Shown in pieces: positions 25,401 to 36,203 of a stretch of 64,000 nucleotides of DNA. Made by a program: the position numbers and the translations under genes. The notes under the pieces were generated by a model. The model ran no database searches. It saw only the letters and a list, made by a program, of their open reading frames with translations, and was not told the origin of the DNA. Every line of letters begins with the position of its first letter. The first letter of the stretch is position 1. This stretch comes from Camelus dromedarius (taxonomy: Eukaryota): contig NC_087438.1 of assembly GCF_036321535.1 (NCBI RefSeq), positions 9,364,001 to 9,428,000 on the forward strand, in the 5' to 3' direction.

Positions 25401-25675
25401 CCAAAAAAAAAAAAAAAAAAAAAAAGCTCTTGGTTTGATAGATTTTTTTCTATTTTTTAATCTCTATTTTATCTATTTCCTGCCTGTTATTTATTATATT
25501 TCTTCCTTCTGCTGACTTTAGGTTTTGTTTTTTTCCTTTTTCTAATTATTTTAGGTGGTAAGTTTTAGGCTGTTTATTTGAGATTTTTATTGTTTTTTGA
25601 AGAAAGCCTGTATCACTAGAAACCTCCCTCATAGGATTGCTTTTGCTGCATCTCATCGATTTTGTGTGGTTGTGT
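22335..25675 (-). mobile_element. 5'-truncated LINE-1, about 3.3 kb: disrupted ORF2 (RT and C-terminal region) plus 3' UTR
   Basis: Minus-strand ORF fragments carry hallmark L1 ORF2 peptides: [77 protein letters not shown]. Many stops and frameshifts. Confidence 0.98.
22408..22456 (+). repeat. (TA)n microsatellite inside the L1 3' UTR
   Basis: About 24 uninterrupted TA units seen directly. Confidence 0.95.
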
Positions 25676-27029
25676 TATATTATCCTTCTTGATTATAACT
25701 TTCACAGTGTGACTGTTTTAAAAATGCTCCAAATCAGCAAGTCTTCTCAAAAGAATGCAAACTTGAATACTGAATTTCCTTCATTGGAATGTTCTGATTA
25801 TACCCAGCAAATCTCAAATTGGGACCTCAGTTCTAGTTTGAAGGTAACAAGTTTTATAATAATTCTAACTATAATACCAGAGCTGAGTTAAAAAGACTAA
25901 CAAAATATAGACCTTATTAATTTCTAATTGAATTTTTTGTTTATCCTTTCTTATACCCAGTCACCCTTGCTGAGTTCTGAGGAATGCATTCACTCTATGT
26001 TAGTCTAAAGGGGAACCTAACTTCATGTACAATTTTGCTTAAATGTATCTTTTAGAAATATAAATGTTCTGAAAGTTGAATTCACTGTTCTCTTCTATCA
26101 AAAAGAAATAACTCCATTTTAAAGTTGATAAAGACTCCTTAAGAAAAAGATCTTCTCTATGAAGCCACTCCTTTATCCTCATTGGTTAGGAAAGACCTAG
26201 AGACACTCAACAAATATTCACTGAATGAACCAATGCATATACTTTGTTGTTATTAATAAAGAGTGATCAAAAGTCCTTGGTGCCAATAATGAAAGGACAA
26301 AATGCACAAATGTGTTACATTTATAACAAAATTAGAAAGCTTAATGCTCTAAAGTCCTAGCTACTTAAACAAGAGAAAGTTAGCATTGTTCTATTTTGTC
26401 CCTTGAATGAAGGATGGGAGTAGAGAGGGTGAATAATAGACTATTTTCCAGAAAGCAGAGAAATCAATATTCCTTCTCATGATAGACTCTTTTCCAGAAG
26501 TTTCCAACTACAGAGATGATGGTTATGTAGGGATACAGGTCTTCCTTTTAAATCATGAGTCTTTCCCTCACAGAGCATATAGTCATGGCAGGTGCAATGA
26601 GGAGTATCAGTAGGAAAGATAGGCTAGGGAATGGTCAACTTCAGTGGCCCCTTATAACTTCTGCTTCTTCCTTTGAATTCTCAGCTCTAGCCACAGTTTC
26701 TATCACCTATGATAACCTAGCAGAGTTTTCTTAGAATCATTGTCTACGTAAAACTTCTGCTCAATGTTAACCATATGTCAGCCAAGAATTTATTAAGAAC
26801 GCGTTGGTCAAATCTCTGTGAAATTTTTAACCTACTAACCTTATATCCTGATCATTCATTACCTTAATGTTTAATGGAAATTTGAAAAATAGTCTTCACT
26901 GAGCAATCTTCATTATTCCAAACCCATGTTTTCTGAAAATCTAGCTCTGTATGAAGAAGATAAAGACAAAAATTATAAGTTAAGAATTTCTAATGTCATA
27001 GAAATAAAAAAGAAACTTTTTTTAAAACT

Positions 27030-27095
27030 TGAATTAAGGTGGAATTGACTTTTTATTTGAATTAAGGTGGAAGTTTTATATGAATTAAGGTGGAA
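27030..27095 (+). repeat. Three exact copies of the 15-mer tgaattaaggtggaa with short T-rich spacers
   Basis: Copies at 27030-27044, 27058-27072 and 27081-27095; spacers of 13 and 8 nt. Confidence 0.95.
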
Positions 27096-27212
27096 AATGA
27101 CCCACGGCTATCCATACCTATGGTTATCCAAAAGAGTTGCATAGGTAGGTAGAAAGATAGATACAGATATCAGCCAAGTGTTGGTCTTGCTGCAAGTTGG
27201 TTTGGGATCCAC

Positions 27213-27702
27213 TGTCAGGTATCAATATTCTTCTCTTAAAAAAACAATTTCATAAAATATCACTATCAGACAAAGACCCTCTGTGACCATGATCTATCAA
27301 GGGGAAAAAGTGGCCCCTCCATAATCATGTCTACACACAAACAAAACGTGGATGTTGTTCAAACAACAAATATGACCAATCATCTCCTTGCACTAGATTT
27401 TGTTTTTATCAATTATATGTAAGTCTCAGTCTAGTCTTCCTTTCTTCCAGATAACGTCTATTAAGAGACCCAGTCATAGCAGTACCCTCACCTTATGACA
27501 ACATCCAATTCATAGCAAAACCCTACTTCCTTAAACCTTCTCAGCGATCATCTAACTCAAGCCCAAATCCTCCTAATACCTTTTCACTAAGACGCCCTAC
27601 AGTTGCCCGTGGTGTGAGTTTTCCCTTGTTGAAGTTGTAATAAACCAACTTGTTCAATTACAGGTGTGTTCCTGGTGGTCTTTTAGCTAGAGGGCATTGA
27701 CA
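27213..27702 (+). mobile_element. Solo ERV1-class LTR (MER89/MER90/MER110-like)
   Basis: 490 bp bounded by TGTCA...TGACA inverted termini; AATAAA near the 3' end followed by caggtgtgttcctggtggtctttt...gagggcattgaca. Confidence 0.75.
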
Positions 27703-28929
27703 CAGCCATTACCCATCCAACTCACTGCTGCCTTTTTCCTCGCATGCTAGGTGACATGCTGTTACTTTTAACATGCTAAAAATAGAAAATGTATAATCTT
27801 TTCACATTGAAACTTGGTTACAAAGCTTCCTCTCAAACCCACAAATTGTTATAAGCTGTACAAGCAAGAGGTAAAATGAAGATATAAAACTAAATAATAT
27901 TAGGGAGAAAAATGTCCACCTTTATCTAGGTTATTTCAAATACAGATCTAATGGGAGGCACACCTATAACCATCCATCACAATTGTCTCCTACATTTTTA
28001 CTCTCAGGGTTCCTTGTGGATTTTTTGAAATCAATTACAGTTTTAGTCACTGAAAAATGATCCCTTTCTAGGGAAACTTTATTGTCATGCTTGTGATATA
28101 TATTTTTGCTGTTTTTCCTTGAGAACAGAAGAAAATTATTGTATATTCTTTAATATGGAATGATTTATTTCTTCATTTCACTGACCAAAATAGTTTTGGA
28201 TTGAAAGAATTATTTTGCATATTGCTATACCAGCCTCTAATAATTTATGTGCTTTTTATGCTGAACCAATTGATCAATTTACATATTTATTCTTTCATAA
28301 TTTTTGTTTGCTTCTGAATTTACTCATGTAATGTCCAACATGATTCATTGCTCATATTTTATAAATTGTCACTCCTTTGTGTGAATCTGAAAGGAGAGTC
28401 AGCGGGAAACATAATATTTTTCATGCCTAACAGACTTTGCTTTCTTTTCTGCATTTCCATATACTCCTACCTAAGCTTTGCTGGGCTGTAAACAAACCTT
28501 TGTGAAGTTTTGAACATATGTTGAAAAATTATCCTAAACTAACAATCGTGCGTATAGGCTTACTGAATTAGACAAACCACTCGTCTTGCTTACATATAAC
28601 ATCACATCAACAATTTTAAGTCACCCAGAAGTCAATAAAGCTGGTCCTTGAATCTTTGCATTTGTTATATCTGGGAAAGAACCACAGACTTTGACACTAT
28701 CCAGAATACAAGATATAGCAGAATATTAGTAATTAAATTTAAACTATGACTATCTATAAGGCAACAAAAATAAGTAGTTATAATCTTAGATTGTATTAAT
28801 TCCTAAGAATTATTCTGAATGTAATTGATGGTGCCCAGTTTCAGTGAGTTCATGTGGTTAATAGGAACAGAGGAAGTAGCAGTCTCGCCAACCAAACCTT
28901 GTATGTAATGTTACGGAACTCAACAGATT

Positions 28930-29970
28930 CTTACTTTTTTGGAATCCGGGATCTTATACAATAATTTGGAAAATTATTGAGGACCACAAAGATCTCTTGA
29001 TGATATATGTACCAATATTTGCTTAATTAAGTATTAAAGCTGAGAATACAAGTATTTTATTAATTCCATTTAAAAATACCAGTAATAATCCTATTACACA
29101 TTAACAAAAATAACAAATCTATATATTCGAAAACAAAGAATATAGTGGGAAGAATAATATTTTTTGCATTTTTGCAAATCTCTTTAAAGCCTGGCAACCT
29201 ACGTGGCTTTGGTTAGAGTAAATGAAGAAATACATACATATCTATTTGGCAAGAAAAAAATGTGAATAGTCATATAATTATGGATGTTCCTTTTGTTACC
29301 AAAATTCACAATGACTAGTTGCAATATAAAACTTGAAATCATATCAATTAATTTTTCACACTCTGCTTCATTATCTACTAGCGGCTTTAAAGTAGTGTGT
29401 TACGGTTTGTGTTTTTGTACCTTGAATAGATATTTTCCCATTGCCAGATTTTGCTAGCACCATGCAGTGGCCATTTAGAAATTACCCATTCCTTCAGTTA
29501 CACTGATCATCAAAATGTTAACACATTTCCTTATGCAATATCAAAAATTGTACTTGTCAACATCGCTGGTAATCTCATCAGAAAAAGTCCTTAAACTTTC
29601 TGGAACTGATAGTGATAAATATGCATTTAAAAAATTCTAATTCCCCTTAAAAGTTTAAGTTTTATCATTGGCCTCAAGTACCATCAGATATTTTCCTTGA
29701 AGTAACAGTCTTATCTTACACGTTTATGAGAAAACGTCTGCCAGGGACTCAGGTCTGAATAACCATAGTTTGTTTATCAGTTGTTTTCTCAAGTGAAAAA
29801 GAGTTGTTCCAAGACAAGAGAATTTAGATCAGCTCACAATCACACATGTGCTTTTTCTGGAGACAACCATCACATTTCAGTAGGCAGCAAACATGTTTTA
29901 AGTGTCCTTTCCACGTCATCATCCTGAATATTAAAAGGAGGAGTACTTGATAGAGAAGATACAATAAAAC
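28930..29970. mobile_element. Charlie1/Charlie1a-like hAT DNA transposon remnant
   Basis: aaaattattgaggaccacaaaga...tttgcatttttgcaaatctctttaa...tagttgcaatataaaacttgaaatcatatcaat...gtctgaataaccatagtttgt. Confidence 0.8.
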
Positions 29971-30339
29971 TTAAAATTCTGCATGTGAGATCTTCTTCAA
30001 CTGCGATGGGCAAAATTTTCCACTATTTCCTTCACATTTTTGTCTATTTTTCTGTTGCATAGCACCCAGGCCTCTGTTATATAATCTACCAAGTATGTAA
30101 GTATAGTAATCACACAAGTGTTTACCTTCCTCATAAAATGCTAAATTTCTCAAGGTTTTAGATAATCATATTCATCTTTTTGTAAGTGACACTTAGCAAA
30201 TCCTTTGTCAGATATTAGGGCTTTAGGCATGGAAGGAAACACAAATAATTGTGCTTTCTGTAACAGCTTAATTAAATACCATGCAAGGCAGAATGAAGAT
30301 CCTTTATTAAAGCCTACAGAAAACATAAGATGGGAGTGC

Positions 30340-30912
30340 ATCAAAAAAAAATTAACAATAGCACCATATGATTCAGCAATTTCACTTCTGGATATATTTC
30401 CAAAAGAATTTAAATTAGGGAATCTTGGAGAAATAGCTAGTCTCCCATCTTCCACCACAGCATTATTCACAATAGCTGAGATAAGACAATAACCCAAATT
30501 TCCACTGACATTTGAATGGATAAAGAAAATGAGCTATATACATATAATGGAATATTATCATTAAGCCTTGTAAAAGAAGGAAACCCTACCATTTCTGACA
30601 TGAGTGAACCTGAAGAACATTATGCTGAGTGAAATAACCAAGTCACAGAAGGGCAGACAGTGCATGATCTCACTTATATGAGGAATATAAAAAAGTTAAA
30701 AAAGTAGAGTCAAACATTGGTTGCCAGGGGCTGGGAAGAGGGGGAGCTGAGAGTTGTTCAACAGGTTTAAAATTTCACTTATGCAAAATTGGACAAGTTC
30801 TAAAGATCTGCTATAAATGCCTGTAGTTACCAACACAGTGTTTTGCACTTAAAACTTAAAAAATTTGTTAAAAGGGTAGATCTCAAGTTAAGTATTCTTA
30901 CCGTAAGAAGAA
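30340..30912 (+). mobile_element. Older eutherian L1 (L1MA/L1MB-like) ORF2 end and 3' UTR
   Basis: caccatatgattcagcaatttcacttctggatatatttccaaaagaa...cagcattattcacaatagc...cattatgctgagtgaaataa...aagggtagatctcaagttaagtattctta. Confidence 0.9.
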
Positions 30913-30919
30913 AGGACAA

Positions 30920-30920
<1 letters not shown>

Positions 30921-30961
<41 letters not shown>
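30921..30961 (+). repeat. (CA)n microsatellite
   Basis: Seen directly at the L1 tail. Confidence 0.95.
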
Positions 30962-30966
<5 letters not shown>

Positions 30967-31028
30967 GTTACCCTTACCATCATATTAAATAATGCAATGT
31001 ACGTATTTTTAAAAAAAGAGAACAAAAA

Positions 31029-31260
31029 GAGATAGACTAGGATTTCAAAATTGTAGAATAGATAAACAAGATTATACTGTATAGCACAGGGAAATATATA
31101 CGAGATCTTATGGTAGCTTACAGAGAAAAAAAGTGACCATGAATATATGTATGTTCATGTATAACTGAAAAATTGTGCTCTACACTGGAATTTGACACAA
31201 CATTGTAAAATGATTATAAATTAATAAAAAAGTTTTAAAACATTAACTTCAAAAGAAAAA
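31029..31260 (+). mobile_element. Young camelid L1 3' end (about 230 bp)
   Basis: gaatagataaacaagattatactgtatagcacagggaa...tgacacaacattgtaaaatgattataa...aataaaaa; 18-bp TSD aaaaaaagagaacaaaaa at 31011-31028 and 31261-31278. Confidence 0.9.
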
Positions 31261-31279
31261 AAAAAAAGAGAACAAAAAT

Positions 31280-31725
31280 CATAAAGTCCACCAGAGAAAA
31301 AAGACTTATTCCCTGTTATCTGACTATTGGCAGACTTTTTGTTAGCAACAAAGATGCTGGAAAAGCATCTAATATTGAGGGGATTCTTCAAAATCCTGAG
31401 GGAAATAATCTATTAACCTAGAAGTTTATATGAAGACAAGCTATGATTTAATAGTGAGGGCATAATAGTATTTTAAGATATACAACGACAAATGAGATTA
31501 ATAGTTATCAGCAATCGTTCTTCTCGATGTATTCCATTCCCATATAGGTCCCTTTTATTGAGAAATAAATTGAGTCATAAATGGGTAATGTCGTTTCCCC
31601 CAAATAATATAGCTATTAAGTGGCAAAGCAAGTATTTGAAGTCACATATTTTCCAGATGTGAAGTCTATGTATTTAACATAACTAAAGGATCTATTAAAG
31701 GATGTTTATCAACAATAAGAAAAGT
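31280..31725 (+). mobile_element. Ancient L1 (L1M) ORF1-end relic, probably interrupted by an antisense MIR at about 31500-31680
   Basis: ggcagactttt...agcaacaaagatgctggaa...ttcaaaatcctgagggaaa...aacctagaagtttata...aagctat. Confidence 0.55.
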
Positions 31726-32239
31726 CAATTTGGAGGCAAGGCATTAAATGCAAGATGATCAGGCTGTCTTTGTGGAATGCTTCCACCTAATATATCATCT
31801 TGCTGTTAAAAATCTTTGTAACTGAATAGTATATTTTACATCCCATTTTGATAAAATATATTGTGTATTTCCCACTGAACCTTTAGGGCTCTTGCTTAAT
31901 CATATTCTATATGAAAATCTGTGAAAAGAGAGCTCTGGAAAATGGAAAGTAAAAGCTAGTCTTTTGAAGACATAAATAACTGTAATAAAACCTGGGCCCC
32001 CATCTGGCCAGTCTCTGCCTAGAGACACATTCAAAGGAAACACATCTTATCCTAGAACCTTTGAGGTATATTGTTCATCCACAACATAGTTTTCTTAAAA
32101 AAGGCCAGGCCAAGAGTTTTACCCATTTTAACAGGCAAAAATACTTCCAGAAATGTTCTCTGTACTTCATTGCTGTTTGATAGAAGAAAAATTTAAACAT
32201 CTGTAAAGAAAGAAACAGACATAAAAGACTACACAAAAC

Positions 32240-32425
32240 AAGATATGGACAGAAAGAAACCCTGGTCCCTGATGATTTTTCTAGTTCTCAGAACCAGGCT
32301 GCAATGTGGTCTGGCTTCACTCTCCACCCCGGAGTTCCAGGACATGCTCGTGTAGCCTGTCCCATGGATAAATGGAGATTGGATGATTTGATCATTCATT
32401 TTAGAATAGTGACTCTGAGTATAGC
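32240..32425 (+). mobile_element. Old MLT1 LTR 3' portion
   Basis: agaaagaaaccctggtccctgatga...ccaggctgcaatgtggtctgg...ccagga catg...agaatagtgactctgagta. Confidence 0.45.
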
Positions 32426-32429
32426 CAAG

Positions 32430-32830
32430 CAATGGTACAGTACCTGAAGGAATAAGTGAAGATCAAGAGACGTTTGGAAAGGTTAGGGACAAGGTTGTTT
32501 GTGATATGAAAGACCCAATAGAAAAGAAAGGAGAGGCTGGTGGTACAGGAAAATGGTAACAGTTCAAATGAGCAGAGTCCTTAAAAAAAAAAGCCAGAGG
32601 CAAGGGAGTTGTTCTTTCAGGGAGGGACTTGCCTCTGTAAAAGAAGATATCAGGATGAAAAGAGAAGACAAATGCAAAGGTAGGACATACAGACATATTT
32701 TGATCTGACCAGGGGAAGTGGAAAGAGCTATTTCCTGGTAGCATCTGTATTCTCACTGAAACATGACATAAGTAATTGGCTGCAATACGGGGGCAGTAGG
32801 CTAGATGGATGGGTTGTTAGTTAGGAGAGG
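32430..32830 (-). mobile_element. L2 fragment
   Basis: gagggacttgcctctgtaaaagaagat...atgcaaaggtagg...ggaagtggaaagagctatttcctggtagcatctgtattctcactgaa. Confidence 0.5.
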
Positions 32831-33859
32831 GAAAAATAAATATAATAGTCATGATACAAATACTATACTATAGAAAGGGGAGACTGATATATGTTATTCT
32901 GAACTTCCATCAACTCAGACGAGATATACAGATTATTTTGTCAAAGTCATGACTTTTCCAGAAAACTTTTAAAAACTAGTTTCCTACTGTCAGTTGCCTA
33001 GTTGTTTCATAATTTCAGTAGTTTAAAATATTTCAGTTTGAAATGCATAGAAGTGCCGTGATGCTCACTGGGACAGAATCACCAGGCTCCGGAAAGAATG
33101 ATACCAATCCATCACACTAACCTGGAAAAACAAAATACTGAGTTTCAAATTCTAAAGCCAGGCCACCAAGTGAAAAAGAGGTTGAAGTCTTTAAATTGTA
33201 CATGTTTCTTTTGTCTCACTTACCAAATACCTGAGGTGATTACGTATTTTTAGCTTAAATTTACACCATAATTACTTCAATCCTGGAACACATTGCCACT
33301 GTATAACTGTTAATACCCTACCAAAGAGAAGTTGGAGAAACATTTCTAGTAAAACATCTCTTTACGCAAGTTGGAGGAACCTATAATTTTCAGTGAGATG
33401 ATTACATGAAGTCCTACCTATAATTTTATTTAATTGTACCTTTTTACTTCATTTTCTCAACCTAGATTCCTTTCTTTTTTTTTCACCCTTGTCTCAAAAG
33501 GAAGACATTGAAACTATCTTCAGCAAAATGTTCAAGGATATGTGCATAGTTAACTATTCTCAACTTGTGTCTAAGATTACAGTATTTCAAACTATTAACA
33601 GAGAAGTTAAAACTCATTCCAGCAATTATTTTCCATAGTTACAAGTACAGAGAGGATGCCTTTTTTAACACGGACTATGAAAGTATTAGTCATGGGCTAC
33701 ATATAAGTAAAATTAGTAAGAATATATAATAATAATAAATAATATGCCATATGGCAACAAAAACAACCTTATATTGGCACATATAATTGGCAATAATAAT
33801 GGACTTAAGCATAAAATTCAATTAGGAAACTTTTCATTGTTATTGCTAAATAGATTGAA

Positions 33860-34050
33860 TGTGATCATTAAGAATGTGGATTCTGGAGCAATATTTCCCG
33901 AGTTCAAAATCCAGCTCTGCCAATCCTAACTATGTGAACATCTCCAAGTTCTATACCTTCTCTGGCTTCTGGCTCCTATCGTGCAAAGTAAGAATACCAC
34001 TGGTACCTACCTGATAGAGTTGATTGGGTGCTTAAATAAGAAAGTAACAG
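33860..34050 (+). mobile_element. MIR SINE
   Basis: ttaagaatgtggattctggagca...agttcaaaatccagctctgccaatcctaactatgtga...gtacctacctgatagagttg. Confidence 0.85.
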
Positions 34051-34074
34051 ATATTGAGGACAAAAATGAGAATG

Positions 34075-34385
34075 AACAATCTATCTCTACCCACAATATG
34101 AATAAAGCTCAGAAATATAGTGTTGAGTAAAGAAATCCAAACTCTAAATAATACATGATGTTTGATTCTTTATATATAAGATGCAAGAACAAGCAACATT
34201 TAACTATGCTGTTAGAAACGGGAGTCCTGAATTGAAGGAGGCATGAGGTCGACCTCTGGAGTGCTGCAGGGGCTCTGTTCTTGAGCTGTGCATCTGTTAC
34301 ATGCATATATTCAGATAGCTGTATACTTATAATATGTTTACTTTCTGTATCTATATAATACTTCAATAAAAATTGTAGAAAATTT
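34075..34385 (+). mobile_element. Ancient L1ME-like 3' end
   Basis: caatatgaataaagctcagaaatatagtgttgagtaaagaa...atacatgatgtttgattctttatata...atacttcaataaaaa. Confidence 0.75.
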
Positions 34386-34665
34386 TTTTTAAAAACTACA
34401 GATAAAAGATAAAAGCCAGTGGCTGGAAATTGTTATGAGCTGTAAGCTCCCTGTACAGGTTAGGTTTTTTTAATTAAATGTCTGTTTTATAGAAATATTA
34501 CTGATAGTCTAGATGAAATCAATAAATAATTCACAGATTTTTTTCATTTATATCTTCTAGTCCAAATAAAGGTAAAACTATAACTTCAGTCAAGTTAAAA
34601 ACCTCAATATTTTTTCATCCTCAAAAATACTAGAGCTTTTGCTATAGTCTGGCCAATATCTAGAT

Positions 34666-34884
34666 CAGGAAGTGGCACACTTTTTCTGCAGCTGGCCAGC
34701 TAGGTAATATTTTAGTCTTTGTGGGCCATACAGTTCTATCTCAACTTCTCAACTCTGTCACTGTAGCATGAAAGCATATATGAACAACACCAAAAGTAGA
34801 CATGGCTGTGATCCCACAAAATTTTATTAATGAAAACAGACAGCTAGGCAGATTTGTCCCATGGGTGTAGTTTGCTGACCCTTC
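34666..34884. mobile_element. MER58A-like hAT-Charlie DNA transposon
   Basis: caggaagtggcacactttttctg...taatattttagtctttgtgggccataca...tcaactctgtcactgtagcatgaaagca...gtagtttgctgaccc. Confidence 0.85.
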
Positions 34885-34939
34885 CTCTAGGTATTTGATA
34901 AAATGAAAACAGAGCTCTCAAATATTTTAACCCTATTTA

Positions 34940-35179
34940 TTTTTTTAACATTCTTTTATTGAGTAATAGTTATTTTACAATGTTGTGTCAAATTCTAGTG
35001 TAGAGCACAATTTTTCAGTCATACATGAACATACATATATTCATTGTTATATTTTTTTTTTCGCTATGAGCTACCACAAGATCATGTATATTTTTCCCTG
35101 TGGTATCCAGTATAATCTTGTTTATCTATTCTGCATTTTAAAATCTCAGTCTGTCCTTTCCCACCCCCTGCCCCCTTGG
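34940..35179 (-). mobile_element. Young camelid L1 3' end (240 bp)
   Basis: Homologous to 31029-31260; perfect 18-bp TSD atattttaaccctattta at 34922-34939 and 35180-35197. Confidence 0.92.
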
Positions 35180-35981
35180 ATATTTTAACCCTATTTAAAC
35201 TTTCCTAGGGGAACTACTCAATTGAGCAATTTGAATATCATGGATCTACTGTCTGTGAGTGTATGTATCCAAACCCTGAATTCTCTTTCAAATAAAATGA
35301 ATATGAGTAACAGTCAGGAAGCCCAGTGTTTCTTGTTATCAAGTACAAAGAGGAGATATGGCAGTTTACAAGACTTAAGAACTATGCTTGACTCACTAGT
35401 TAAACAAGGTTTGCACCACCACTGCACACATATAAAATGATTACATTTTAAGAAATGTCTTCCCTAATATTATATTTGTGTAGTTGAGGAAAATATACAT
35501 ATAAAGTCAATGAAAATGACTCACTTTATGGGTAACAAATCAAAACTAGTCCTGTGTGATCTAATCCAGTGGTGCTCAAAATGTGGCCCACGGCCCATAG
35601 CTAGTTACTGCAATGAATTAAGGTTAGAAATTGAGAGTAGTGTTGGGAAACATTTTATGGTAATTTGGAGGTTAATTTTAAGTCTAGAGTCTAATAAAAA
35701 AAATGCAGGCTTGTATTTTATATGTTATTTTAATTTTCAGTTTTCATCTGCAGTGCATTAGGAGGGAAAGATACTTGTACCAGAGAAAGTGTGAGAAGCA
35801 CCCCCCACAGCAATAGTCCCCGGGCCTTTTATCTTTATACATATACTACCTTTCACATTTTAAAACCTATGTTGCACTATTACAACACAGTCAATTATGG
35901 GTTATTGATTAAGTGTCTCCTGTATGTTGAGAACCATAGAAAAGCATAAACATGATAAAGCAAGTCTAAAATCTGGTTGGA

Positions 35982-36203
35982 TTCTATAGAATAGATAAGC
36001 AAGTTTATACTGTACAGCACAGGGAAAAACATTCAAGACCTTGTGGTAGCTCATGGTTTAAAAGAATGTGAAAATGAACATGTGTGTATTCATGTGTGAC
36101 TGCAAAACTGTGCTCTACCCCAGAAATTGACACAACATTGTAAACTGACTGTAACTCAATAAAAATAAATAGATAGATAAATCAATCAATCAATCAATCA
36201 ATC
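35982..36203 (+). mobile_element. Camelid L1 3' end whose tail has become (AGAT)n(CAAT)n
   Basis: Homologous to 31029-31260; 12-bp TSD aatctggttgga at 35970-35981 and 36204-36215. Confidence 0.9.

Noticed and set aside
27030..27095. CRISPR-like repeat-spacer pattern
   Set aside because: Repeats (15 bp) and spacers (8-13 bp) are far too short, there are only three units, no cas genes are present and the context is mammalian.
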